Shown here piece by piece: positions 29,322-41,549 of a stretch of 64,000 bases of DNA (positions are counted from its first letter, which is position 1; each line of letters begins with the position of its first letter). Where the stretch lies: assembly GCF_009914755.1 (NCBI RefSeq), contig NC_060940.1. One strand, 5' to 3'. The position numbers were made by a program, and so were the translations under genes. The notes beneath the pieces were generated by a model, which worked only from the letters and a program-made list of their open reading frames with translations, did no database searches and was not told the DNA's origin. Source of the DNA: the human T2T-CHM13v2.0 reference genome, Homo sapiens.

Positions 29322-29583
29322 TTTTTGTTTTTTTTTTTTTTTTTTGAGACGAGTTTCTCTCTGCAACCTCCGCCTCCCGGGTTCAAGCGATTCTCCTGCT
29401 TCAGCTTCCCAAGTAGCTGGGATTACAGGCATGCACCATCATGCCCGGCTAATTTTGTATTTTCAGTAGAGATGGGGTTTCTCCATTTTGGTCAGGCTGG
29501 TCTCGAACTCCAGACCTCAGGTGATCCGCCTGCCTCGGCCTCCCAAGTGCTGTGATTACAGACATGAGCCACTGCGTCCGGCC
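29322..29583 (-). mobile_element. AluSp with an internal deletion in the right arm
   Basis: gagacgagtttctct|ctgcaacctcc jump; TSD gacttgttctYtctct. Confidence 0.9.
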
Positions 29584-29658
29584 GACTTGTTCTCTCTCTT
29601 AAGCTCTTGATCTTGCTTCTAGCTTTGCACTGGATGTCTCTTCTTGGATATTCTATAA

Positions 29659-30180
29659 CAGGGGTCTCCAACCCTCAGGCCATGGACCCAACCCAGTACC
29701 ATTCCATGGCCTGTTAGGAGCCGGGCCACACCACAGGAGGTGAGTGGCTGGTGAGCAAGTGATGCTTCATTTGTATTTACAGCCACCCCCTATTGTTCAC
29801 ATTACCACCTGAGCTCTGCCTCCTGTCAGATCAGCAGAGGCATTAGATTCTCATAGAAGCATGAACACTATTGTGAACTTTGCATGCAAGGGATCTAGGT
29901 TACAGGCTCCTTATGAGAATCAGATGCCCCATGATCTGTCACTGTCTCCTATCATCCCCAGATGGGACCGTCTAGTTGCAGGAAAGCAAACTCAGGGCTC
30001 CCACTGATTCTACATTACAGTGAGTTTTGTAATTATTTCATTATATATTACAACGTAAAATAGAAATAAAGTGTACAATCAGTGTAATGCGCTTGAATCA
30101 TCCCGAAACCATTCCTCAACATCAAAAAAATTGTCTTCTACAAAACAAGTCTCTAGTGCCAAAAAGTTTGGGAACTGCTG
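29659..30180 (+). mobile_element. MER1A hAT-Charlie MITE (full length)
   Basis: caggggtctccaaccc...aaaagtttgggaactgctg termini; gcattagattctcatag and cccagatgggaccgtctagttgcagg internally. Confidence 0.9.
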
Positions 30181-30184
30181 TCCT

Positions 30185-30875
30185 GTTAGACTCTTAAACT
30201 GACCTGGGCACTTCTCCTCTCCTTGCCTAGAAGTGGCTGCTTCTCTTCCTCAGTGAATGGTAATGCCACCTACCCTGCTATGCGAATCATAAACCTAATG
30301 TCACCCTTGACCCTTCACCCTTTGTCCATGCCTCTCTCTCAACTCTGCTACTTCCATTCCATTTTCATTGCAACCACTTCGGATCCTATCACCTCTCCCT
30401 CAGATCATCTCACTACCTCCGTCCTGGTCTTCCTGCCTCTGGTCATGTCCTCCTCCAATCTGTTCTTCACATGGCAAGTGTGGCCATGTTTCTAAAATTT
30501 GTGACCTGGAGCTCCTAACTTAAGACTCTTCAATGGCTCTAGGTTGTCTCTAGGATGAAGTCTGAACCTCCTAGGAGTGACTTTCCAGGCCCTGTGTGCA
30601 GCTTCATCTGGGTCATTCCTAACATGTACTGTGAATAATAGTTTCCTAATCACAACGTGCTCTCAGCCCTCTTCCTGGGACACACCTGTTCCCTATCATT
30701 CCCTGCTTCTCCTGGATAATGTCTCCTTATCCTTCAGAACTCACTGTGGATGTCATTTCAGCTGGGAAACTTTCTCTCACACTCTTTTTCCCTCTAAGGC
30801 AGGGTCAAGTTTTCCTCTTTTTGATCTCTTGACACCCTGTACTCCCTGACCACAGCGTTTATCACCATGTATCGA
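30185..30875 (+). mobile_element. L2 fragment
   Basis: Pyrimidine-rich L2 body (actcttcaatggctct...aggatgaagtctgaacctcct). Confidence 0.6.
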
Positions 30876-31088
30876 GTTCCACAAAGCCAGCTACGGCTGT
30901 ATTCTCCATATGCTTGGCATGGTCACCATCTCCTGTGGTTCCTGGAAACCGAAATTTAGTAGAATGGACAGAACCAGCCAGGAAGGTTATGACAAAGGCT
31001 TCTTGTTCTCTGCCATCCCATGGTATCTCTCTACTTTTGCACTTGCCCATGTAGCAAAACTCCTACTGCCTTAAAATGCACCCAGATT

Positions 31089-31888
31089 TGTTTTAATCAG
31101 GTATGATAAAACACAGACAAGGAAATGACTGTCATGAAGGCAGATGCTTACACTCACAGATCCCTAGACACAGGAAGCACACCACGCCACTCAGGGCCAT
31201 ATGGGGAAGAACTAGGGTCAGGCAGGAGGTGGACAGAGCAAGAGGAAAACATAAGTGAGTGCCTTTATTGTGGTTTTCATGGGAAGGAATGGGCGAGGCA
31301 GTGCAGGCAGCTCAGCAAATTTAGGATTGGCTAACTTAAATACTTTCAGCAGGCTCTGGGTCATAAGGGTTATTCCTAGTTATCTGGTATCTGGCTCTAG
31401 GATGATTAGGACAGAGGAATAGTGGCTTGGCATGTGAGGGTTCCATAAAGAAGGTAGTTTAGAGGCTGGGCACGGTGCCTCAGGCCTGTAATCCTAGCAT
31501 TTTGGGAGGCTGAGACAGGCAGATCACTTGAGGTCAGGAGTTTGAGACCAGCCTGGCCAACATGGTGAAACCCCATCTCTACAAAAATACAAAAATTAGC
31601 CAGGCGTGGTGACGCTTGCCTGTAATCTCACAGGAAATCGCTTGAACCCAGGAGGCGGAGGTTGCAGTGAGCTGAGATCGTGCCATTGCACTCCAGCCTG
31701 GGGGACAAGAGCAAAACTCCGTCTAAAAAAAAAAAAGAAGGTAGGTAGTTCAGGGATTTGGGTTTGGAATTGGTTGGTTTCCATATGAAAGGTGCGAGTT
31801 ATTTGCTCTCTTTAGGAACTAGCTTACTCTTGGAGAGTCAAGGCCCCAAGATGACAAAGCATCAAAATAGAAAGACACGCTTAATACA
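31089..31888 (-). mobile_element. ERVL-class LTR (MER54/MER74-like), interrupted by an Alu
   Basis: TG...CA-like ends (gcttaataca); ctttattg (reverse AATAAA); family recalled with low certainty. Confidence 0.55.
31464..31736 (+). mobile_element. AluS with an internal deletion
   Basis: tgtaatctca|caggaaatcg jump; TSD-like aaagaaggtag on both sides. Confidence 0.9.
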
Positions 31889-31999
31889 CCTGCCCTCATT
31901 TCACACCTGAGCTCAGATCTCTTCCTCGGGCTAGATTATTAATCACACCTGGAACAGTATACCTTTCCATCATACTGCTGATGTAATGGTGGAGTTCTT

Positions 32000-32044
32000 T
32001 TTTTTTTTTTTTTTTTAGACGGAATCTAGCTCTGTCGCCCAGGC
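32000..32044 (-). mobile_element. Extremely 5'-truncated Alu (about 28 bp plus tail)
   Basis: poly-T + agacggaatctagctctgtcgcccaggc; 15-bp TSD aatggtggagtWctt at 31985-31999 and 32045-32059. Confidence 0.9.
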
Positions 32045-32936
32045 AATGGTGGAGTACTTAGAATAAACATTTGTATCCCACAAACCTTTGGACTATATAA
32101 GCCCAAGTGGACAGAGACATGAGTATTTCTCTTCATTGTATTCCCAGCCTAGCACATGATAGTCACTCAATAAAGACTTGTTAAATGAACTGCTTGATCT
32201 TGGAGACTCAATCTCTTATTGGTAGAATGGGAATAACAAGAATACCTACATTTCAGATCACAAATGGAACACACTCTGCATGGCTGTAACATGGAGTTGG
32301 TGCTCAACAAATGGCCTCGGCCTCATGAAACCTCCTTAACAGCTGCAGTCACTTTCCATGGGGAATCTAGGAGATTGTGCATGCGTGTGCAGCAGCATGT
32401 GTGTGTATATTCACATACTGAGACACACACACACACACAGACACACACATATGCACAGGGTTTCTGTCCACGTGCCCAGTGGCCCTCATTTACACCAACA
32501 GGTTTCACCTTTGGGAAAGCTTCTCCAGGAGAATAGAGAGCATCCAGCTTGGCCTGGGATGCACCCCCGGCTGCTGAAGGACGGCGAGAGAGACGAATTG
32601 CTGGTTCCATCTTCATTGTGTTCTCTGCCCTTCACTCACCCAGCTGGGTTTTGAATTCTTTGACGTTCTAATAGTTACTCTTTGACAAATAGCCACGCCC
32701 ATGCCTTCCAAAAGACCCAGGAAGAAAGTTGGACCATGTTTGTTAAAACGCCTTGAGTCAGTGCACCATCTGGCAACCTGTGTAGGATCATCCCGACTCT
32801 TTTGCCTCAGTCTCTCTTCCTTTGTCACAAGCAGGTGTCTGGATTTACTTTTTGGGGCCAAATGCCTCCCCAGCCACAGCTCTCTTAATAAAATAGAACA
32901 GACCATGGTGCTTCCCTGTTTAAAAGCTTCAATGTT

Positions 32937-33238
32937 GTCAGGCACGGTGGCTTAGGCTGTAATGCCAACACTTTGGAAGGTCGAGACAAGGAGATCACTT
33001 GAGGCCTGGAGTTTGAGACCAGCCTCGTCAACATAGTGAGACCACATCTCTACGAAATTTTTTTTTAAACCGGTAGGGTATGGTGGTGTGTGCCTGTAGT
33101 CCTAGCTACTTGGGAAGCCGAGGCAGGAGGATCACTTGAGGCCAGGATTTCAAGGCTGCCGTGAGCCAAGATCACACCACTGCACTCCAGCCAGGGCCAC
33201 AGAGCAAGATCCTGTTTCAAACAACAGAAAGAAAAAAA
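32937..33238 (+). mobile_element. AluJ
   Basis: ggaggatcacttgaggccagg in the right arm (J diagnostic). Confidence 0.9.
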
Positions 33239-33309
33239 TCTCTTCAACTCTTCTTTAAAAACCTGTGTCTCCAGGCTAAAGTCCTAGTCCGCAGTCTGAA
33301 ACAACCTCT

Positions 33310-33555
33310 TACTTATTTAGCAAATATTTATTGAACATTAGCTGGGTGGCAGGCACTGTTCTGGGCACTGAAGGTATAAGAGTGAAGAAAACAGGTAGCA
33401 TCCCTACCCTCATGGAGCTTACATTCCTGTGGAGGGAGATACGTGATGTCCAATAAATAAGTAAATATTTACTGTGTGTATGGTGGTAAGTGCTAGGAGG
33501 AGAATGAGTGGAATGAAGGGAGAGTGATGGGGTAGGGAATGAGGTCGCTTTCAGA
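33310..33555 (-). mobile_element. L2 3' fragment
   Basis: caaatatttattgaac...aggcactgttctgggcactg...ccctcatggagcttacattc. Confidence 0.8.
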
Positions 33556-34309
33556 TCCCTCCACTAGAGAAGCCCAGCCTTTTTCTTCTGGCTCACTTTC
33601 CACCCCAACCCACTTCTATTCCAGATCTAGCAACTTTTTCACTCTTGCCTAAGTGTGTCCAGGTTCCAGATTGAGGTAGAAGAGCCCCCCTTGCTGAATA
33701 TGACCTTAGGCTTAATCTCAGCTATAAAATGAAAATAATAACACCTACATCTCAGGATTTTTGTGTGGACATCAAATGGGATGACGTGCATATGACCCTT
33801 AGGGCAAGGCTTGCCCTGTGGTTTGCACACAGTATTCATGTTCCCTGTGCCTGGGATCCTCCTCTCTCCTGTTCTGCTTCCTTTTGTAGCAACCCCATCT
33901 TCCTTGGGTAGTCATTCTCTCCTGTGAAGCTTCTAAGCATCCTTTTACTATTTTTCTGGCCACACTTACCTCTGTGTGTTATCATTCGTGGTGGATGCTT
34001 GAGTCCCTGGAGGCCAGATTCAACTGTGTCTTACTCAGCTGTGATTCTCCAGCCCATGGTAGATTCTAATCCATACATAGTCTTGGCTCTAAGTGAGTTG
34101 AATGAATGAATGAAAGTGTGAAGTGTGTGTTGTGAAATGTACATCATTCACCAGCCTGTGAGTCAGGTTTCTGAAAACCCAGAATCATGGACTCACACAG
34201 ATAGTAATTTCCGGGTTGGTGGTTTATTAAAGGACAGCGTGGGGCTGTGGGGGTTGCATGGCAGCTTCTTTTACCTTTTCTTGTGTCTGTGTGTGTGTGT
34301 GTGTCTATT

Positions 34310-35196
34310 TCAGTTTATTTTTATTTTTATTTCTTTAAATTGACTAATGATAATTGTACAGATTCATGGGGCAGTGATGTTTTGATACATACAATGTACC
34401 AGATCAGGGTAATTTGCATATCCATCATCTCCAGCATGTGTCATTTCTTCCTGTTGGGAATGTTCAGGGTCCTCCTTGTAGTTATGTGAAATGATGTACT
34501 TACTATTGTTAACTGTAGTAGTCATCCTGCAGTGCTATAGAACACTAGAACTTATTCCTCCTATCTCACTATAATTTTGTATCTTTTAACACAGTGGTCC
34601 CCAACCTTTTTGGAACCTGGGACTGGTGGAAGACAATTTTTCCATGGCCAGGGATGGGGGACGGTTTCGGGATGAAACTGTTCTACCTCAGATCATCAGG
34701 CATTAGATTATCATAAGGAGCAGGCAACCTAGATCCCTCTCATGCACAGTTCACAACAGGGTCCATGCTCCTATGAGAATCTAATGCCATTGCTGATCTA
34801 ACAGGAGGTGGAGCTCAGGGGATAATGCCCACTTGTCTGTGGCTGACCTTGTGCTGTGTAACCAGGTTTCTAATAGGCCACTGGCAGGTACCAGCCTATG
34901 GCCTGGGGGTTTGGCACCCCTGCTTTAAGAAATCTCTCCCTAACTCTCCTTCCTCCTTGCCCTTCCATCCTCTAATATCCTCTGTCCTACTTTTTACTTC
35001 TAGGAGATCACCTATTTTTAGCTTTCTTGTATAAGTGAAAACATGCAGGAACTTTCTGTTCCTGGTTTATTTCACTAAACATAATGCCCTCCAGTTCCAT
35101 CCACATTACCATGAATGACAGGACTTCATACTTTTTTACAGCTGCATAGTATTCCATTGTGTATATACACCACATTTTCTTGACCCATTCATCTAT
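34310..35196 (-). mobile_element. L1MA 3' end, split by MER1B
   Basis: gtgctatagaacactagaacttattcctcctatct; gctgcatagtattccattgtgtatataccacattttc. Confidence 0.85.
34592..34922. mobile_element. MER1B hAT-Charlie MITE
   Basis: cagtggtccccaacctttttgg...ggggtttggcacccctg; 8-bp TSD ttttaaca/ctttaaga. Confidence 0.9.
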
Positions 35197-36067
35197 TCTC
35201 TTATCTTTAGTCCTGCAGTGGTTCTTGATCCAAGGGAGACATGCAACATGTTTCATAAAGAACTGTCGCAGCAGCTCAGATCCTTCCAAGATGGCAAGGT
35301 GTGGCAGGCAAACTCCTCTAACCTCTTGGCCTGGTCCCTGGAGAGAGAAACTCTGAGCCTCAGGCTTGGTGGTCTTAGCACCATGTAGGCCATCTTATGG
35401 TAGAAGTAGAACATAGTTATCGAGAGTGCTGGCTCTGAAATTAGCCTACTGAGTTTACATTTCCAGTTCACCAATTACTAATTTTACAACATTGGACAAG
35501 TTACTTGAATGTTCTCTGCATCTGTTTCCTTATTTAAATAGGATGGTATCTCTGGCTTACCTTACAGGGTTGCATTGGGAACTGTATGACACCTGACACA
35601 TGAAAATACCCAGTTCAGTGCCTGGCATTGGAGAGTTGTTCAATGCAGGTGAATTGAGACAATGTGAAGGATGAGTTTCAGAGAAGCTAGGAGATGGTCA
35701 GTAGTTGTGGAAGGCTGGGAGAATGAGAGGCAATTTGGGCATTTAGGTGGTTGCTTGCAGTTCTGTAGAGAGTGAGTCCAGTGAAGTGGTAGGGTACAAA
35801 AATATCCCAGAGATGCAAAGCAGCTTGCTTGAGATCACAAACTTGGTAATGGTGGAAGACGGAGCTTGGGTGGAAAGAGGGTTCTCTTAACATTAAGTGC
35901 ATTTTCACCCTTAAGCTTCCATAATACAATACAGCTCTTGACTATTTCCCTTCCTACTCTCTGGCTATTCTTTGTGTCCACTTATTTCTCCTCCCCCCCT
36001 TTAAAAATTTACTACTTATTTTACTTATTACTTATTTTTTATTTTTATCATTATTTTTCAAATTTTA

Positions 36068-36369
36068 TTTCTGTTTATTTATTTATTTTTAGCGACAGGG
36101 TCTTGCTCTGTTGCCCAAGGTGGAGTGCAGTGGTGATAATGGTTCACTACAGCCTCAACCGCTGGGCTCAAGTGATCCTCCCACCTCTGCCTCTCAATTA
36201 CCTGGGACTACAGGTGCACGTCAGCATGCCAGGCAATTTTTAAATATTTTGTAGAAACGGAGTCTCACTGTGTTGCCCATGCTGGTCTCAAACTCCTGTC
36301 CTCATGGTATCTTCCTGCCTTGGCCTCCCAAAGTTCCGGGATTACAGGCACGGCCCACCATAACTGGCC
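36068..36369 (-). mobile_element. AluJ
   Basis: Diverged full Alu with J diagnostics. Confidence 0.9.
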
Positions 36370-36929
36370 CTTCCTTTCCCCTTAAAGCCTACATTAATTA
36401 AAGCCCAGTTCTTGGCTTTCATTCTTTTCTTTCTTTTTCATAAATTCTACCCATCCTCTTGGTTTTACTCTCTGCTCTGACCACACTATTTAAAATTGCC
36501 AGCATCCTCTATCACCCAGTCTCCTTCTAATTTATTTTTCTCATTAATAATTATCTCTACCTAACAAAATGTATGGTATACTTATTCATTCTCTACCTTC
36601 TCCTACTAGAATGTGAGTTCCAGGAGAGTAGGTTGCTTCTGTTTTTATTACTGCCATATCCCCAGAACCAGGCATTGAAACTGGCCTTATGGATGGATTA
36701 ATCAATGAGCTTAATATTTGCAACACTTCTATTAGGTTGGCTTTCTTGTTACCCCCACTTTATAGGTGATAAGACTGAGAATCAGGGGAGTGTTTTATTT
36801 TCATTGGAGGTTTTAGCTAATTTGCCCTCAATATCACAAAACAGGGAAGGCCTGAAGCGTGACCTAAGCCCAAATTCTCTTGTGTCCAGTCCTCTGCTAG
36901 CTAAGCAGCTACATCCAGGGGAAACAAGT

Positions 36930-37450
36930 CAATTCAGTAGCAGCCCTCGTTGACTTTGCACTGCTGTTTATGCTCGCAGTGTCCATAAAAATGTTATTTT
37001 AGTCCTGACACTGATGCTTATGAATAAAATTTAGTCCTCATTCAAAAGCAAATTAGCCGAGGCCATTTGGCATTCTGTTACGGCGTTAATTTTTATGGAG
37101 AAGAATTCACTGGCAAGGAGCTCCTTCTCCACCTTCAAACAGACCAAGATTCTCAAAGGGAGGCATGGTGGCGCTTGACTCTGATCATTAGGTGTTCCAG
37201 CCTGTGGCTGTAGCTTTTCTTATGGGACCTAGGATGTAATTTTCAGATGGCAGTTTGTTTTGCCACTGCGCTACATCTCAGGCTTGGCAATTACATTTCA
37301 TTAACAGGGAAACATAAGCCATAAATCATTGATCAGAAACAGGTTGTTAATCGGTCTGGTTAAAATGTCTGCCGGCTGGCAGGGCATGGACTTCACATTG
37401 ATGGATGTCTGGGCCCACAACTTGCCCAGGTAGCCCATTAAAGCAATACT
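36930..37450. promoter_or_regulatory. Candidate HOX/PBX-type enhancer (repeat-free block)
   Basis: CCATAAAA 36983, TTTTATGG 37091, CAGATGG 37244, CCATAAATCA 37319, TGATGGAT 37399. Confidence 0.4.
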
Positions 37451-37455
37451 GCTGA

Positions 37456-37747
<292 letters not shown>

Positions 37748-38161
37748 GCAATACTTCTAATAATTTTTACTATTTATGGAGTTAGTTTTCTTTGTGCCTG
37801 TAAGTACTTTATCCTCACAGCAACCCTAAAAGGGACTGTTCCCATATTACAGATGAGAAAATTGAATTCCAAAACGGATAAATGGCTGGCTGAAGTTTGC
37901 ATAATTTGAACATGGCAGAGATGGGATCCAAACTCAAGGATATGGCCTCTGAAGCTGGTGCTCTTTGCTGGCCACATGCATTCCTGTCTTTTGAACTTCA
38001 CCCTTGGGAGTCTAAGGGGACAGTGCTCAGAGCCAGTGGCCAAGTGTCTGATGTGGCCGCCAGTGTTCCCATGGCAGTGTCATTCTGTGGAGTCCTACCT
38101 GGACCTTGAGGAGGTTTTGGGAGAAACTTAGATCTGCAAGATTGATTGATTGATTAATTGA

Positions 38162-38453
<292 letters not shown>

Positions 38454-38989
38454 AAGATTGAATTTTAACCTGTGTCTCCAGACATCTGAAGTTGACCAGC
38501 ATGACCAGGCTGCCGGCTAATTCATCTGACTTCGTCTGCACGCCTGTCTTCCATGAGCAGAGAGGTGGCAGCTGGGCCCGCTCACATCCTATTAACCTTG
38601 TCTGTTGGAATGACACCTGGCTGTGCTGAAGCCTTGCTTCCTGTAATTAGGAATGTAAACATCTCCGGCTTCCTCCCATGGGTGCTGGCTCAGTGCCTGC
38701 CTCCAGATCCCACCTCCTCCTAGGCTGTACCTCCTGAAACAGATGCCCTCCCCCAAGCTGAGGCCAGGTGGGACTGTGGATGTTTTTTGGTCCTGGGCGG
38801 ATCCCTTATTCTGAGCCAGAGGCTTTCTACTGCATAGACTCATTTAAATTCATGGTGACCTCACCTGGGCTGTGTATTCCTATCTTCTGGGTGAAAACAC
38901 AGGCCTTTGGAGAGATTGAACACATGATCTAAGGTGATACAGCTAAGTTATCTCTAGGATAGTTTTTTATTTTGTTTTTGTTGTTAAAG

Positions 38990-39300
38990 GCAGGAACAGA
39001 ACACCAAATACCACATGTTCTCACTTATGAGTGGGAGCTAAATGATGAGAACACATGGACATAGAGGGGAACAACACACACTGGGGACCGTCGGAGAGTG
39101 GAGGGTGGAGGGAGGGAGAGAATCAGGAAAAATAACAAATGGGTACTAGGCTTAATACCTGAGTGATGAAATAATCTGTACATCAAACCCTCATGACACA
39201 AGTTTACCTAGGTAACAAACCTGCACATGTACCCCTGAACTTAATAAAAGTAAAAAAAAAACAAAACTCAAAAAAAAATTTAAAAATTAAAAGTTAAAAT
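38990..39300 (+). mobile_element. L1PA 3' end
   Basis: caccaaataccacatgttctcacttatgagtgggagctaaatgatgagaacacatggac...aaacctgcacatgtacccctgaactta. Confidence 0.9.
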
Positions 39301-39310
39301 TTTTAAAAAG

Positions 39311-39685
39311 CGTTAGAAGAAAAACCTCAGACAAGTTAAATTTCACAGAGTTTAACTGAGCAAAGAACAATTTGCAAATCAGGCAGCTCCCAGAATGAAA
39401 GCTCCACTGGTATGGTGTGGTTGAAGATTTGCGGGCAGAGAAAGGAGAGTCACAGACAGAAAACGGAAGCAAGGTACAGAAACAGCCGGAATGGTTACAG
39501 CTCAGCGTTTGGCTTATTTGAATCTGGCTTGAACAGTGGGCCGCTTTTGATTTGCCAAAACTCCGTGATTGGTGTAAGAGTAGGTTACAGTCTGTTTACA
39601 CCTCCAGTTAAGTTGCAGTTCACTGTGTATGGAGAAACCTTTAAAATACATAAAGAGGCAGCTTTAGGCTAAGCTTAATGTAACA
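39311..39685 (-). mobile_element. MER57B-like ERV1 solo LTR
   Basis: Reverse complement begins tgttacattaagcttagcctaaagctgcctc; 4-bp TSD AAAG at 39307-39310 and 39686-39689. Confidence 0.8.
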
Positions 39686-39689
39686 AAAG

Positions 39690-40097
39690 TAAAGTGAGGC
39701 ACAATACAAGGTTAAGGAGTTTCTTTGAGCAAACAGTGATTTATGAAGTGAATCTATTAATATGAGTGATCTGGGGACACCACTGCGGTGACATACATGG
39801 GAAGACCTTTATGGGCAAACAGAGGTAAAGCAAAGGAAAGGTCCGATGGATTTCCATGGCATGGTTGCCTCGTTTGGTCCATCCTGCTGGAAAGTCCTCA
39901 GCTATATAAATTAGTTGGTGGCTTCTGATTAGTTAGCCTTAAATTTTATTTTTCTTTAACATAGGCATTTACAAGCAATAGCTCAACATAAGTTTCGTAT
40001 GTTTGCAAATCAAGCAAAGTTAAGGTCCCGTATGAGGCCTAACTGACTTCGTCTGCTCAGGGGTTCTTCAGGTCCAGTCTCCATTTTAATTTCCTTT
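39690..40097 (-). mobile_element. MER57F-like ERV1 LTR
   Basis: Reverse complement aaaatggagactggacctgaagaacccctgagcagacgaagtcagttaggcctcata. Confidence 0.6.
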
Positions 40098-40261
40098 TGT
40101 TTGTTTGTTTTCACACCCAAAGACCATATATTAATAGATGGTCAATTAAAAAACAAAACCAAACTGTTCTACCCCAGGCACATAAGAGAGCAGTTTGCAT
40201 TCAGTTCAGCAAAGACGCATTATGATGCCAGGGTCGCTATAAAGTAGTCAGTTTGTTAAAA

Positions 40262-40838
40262 CTGTTTAATCACCGGAAGTCCATAGTTTACCTTAGGGCT
40301 AATTCTTGGTGTTTGTACGTGCCATGGGTTTTGACAAATATGTAATGATATATACCTGCCATTGTTTCCATAGTTTTACCTTTTTCAGAATGACATATAG
40401 TTGGAATCATAGAGTATATAGCACTTTCAGATTGGCATCTTTTACTTGGTTATATACACGTAAGGTTTCTCCATGTCTTCTCAGCTCATTTCTTTTTAGT
40501 GCTGAATAATATTCCATCTTCTGAATGTATCACATTCACCTACTGAAGGACATCCTCGTTGCTTCCAAATTTTGGCAATTAGTGCTTTAGCTGCTATAAA
40601 CATCTGTTTGCAGGTTTTTGTGTGGACATACGTTTTCAGCTCCTTTGGGTATATATCAAACAGTGTGATTGCTGGGTTATATGGTAAGGGTATGATGAGC
40701 TTTGTGAGAAACTGCCAAACTGTCTTCCAAAGTGACTCCACCATTTTGCATTCCCACCAGCAGTGAATGAGAGTGGTTGTTGCTCCACATCCTTGCCAAC
40801 TTTGAGTGTTGTCAATGTTTTGGATTTTGACCATTTTA
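40262..40838 (-). mobile_element. L1MB/MC fragment
   Basis: ccattttgcattcccaccagcagtgaatgagag; gagaaactgccaaactgtcttccaaagtg. Confidence 0.85.
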
Positions 40839-41425
40839 AAGAGCTTTAGAACCCAGATGTTTCGGCTCAGGGAGCCTTCTAGTAGGATTATAATGCATAT
40901 CCAAAGAGACGAGTGTGAAGATTAAATGACATCATGCACATATTCCAACAGTGCTAATATCTAACTTGGCATGTGCCAGGCACAGTGCTAAGTGACTTGG
41001 GAGGAATTAATCTTCACTGTAACCCATGATTCAGGGGCTATTATTATTCCCATTTTGCAGATAAAGAAATAGAGATCAGAGTGAATAAGAGCTATGTCCA
41101 AGGATATGCAGGGTGTGTCAGAACTCAATTCAAACCCAAATCTGCCTGACTCTGAGGCCACTGTCTCATGTATAATCAATGGTCAATTTTAAAAAAATGA
41201 TCTTCTGCCCTAGACACACAAGAGGGCAGTTTCCATTCATTTCAGCAAAGGCATTCATTGTGATGACAGCGTCTCTATAAAGTAGTGTGACTTTTTGTCT
41301 GTCACCACAAGGCTTGTTGTCTTCCTTCTTATAGCTTTTGTTACAAAACCTGCAGTCAGCTCACCCCCAGTCCTCAACAGAGCCCTGATTCGATGCTTGT
41401 TGGAGAATACAGAAACCCAGAGCGT

Positions 41426-41549
41426 CACCGGCCTCACCAGGACCTCAGCATGCTCTCCAAGTCCTCTTATCATCAATAACATTGATACACCGGCCTCACC
41501 AGGACCTCAGCATGCTCTCCAAGTCCTCTTATCATCAATAACATTGATA
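41426..41549. repeat. Perfect 62-bp tandem duplication
   Basis: 41426-41487 is identical to 41488-41549. Confidence 0.97.

Noticed and set aside
40496-40834. 112-aa ORF resembling the L1 ORF2 C-terminus (HCWWECK)
   Set aside because: Decayed L1 fragment; not an intact or domesticated gene.
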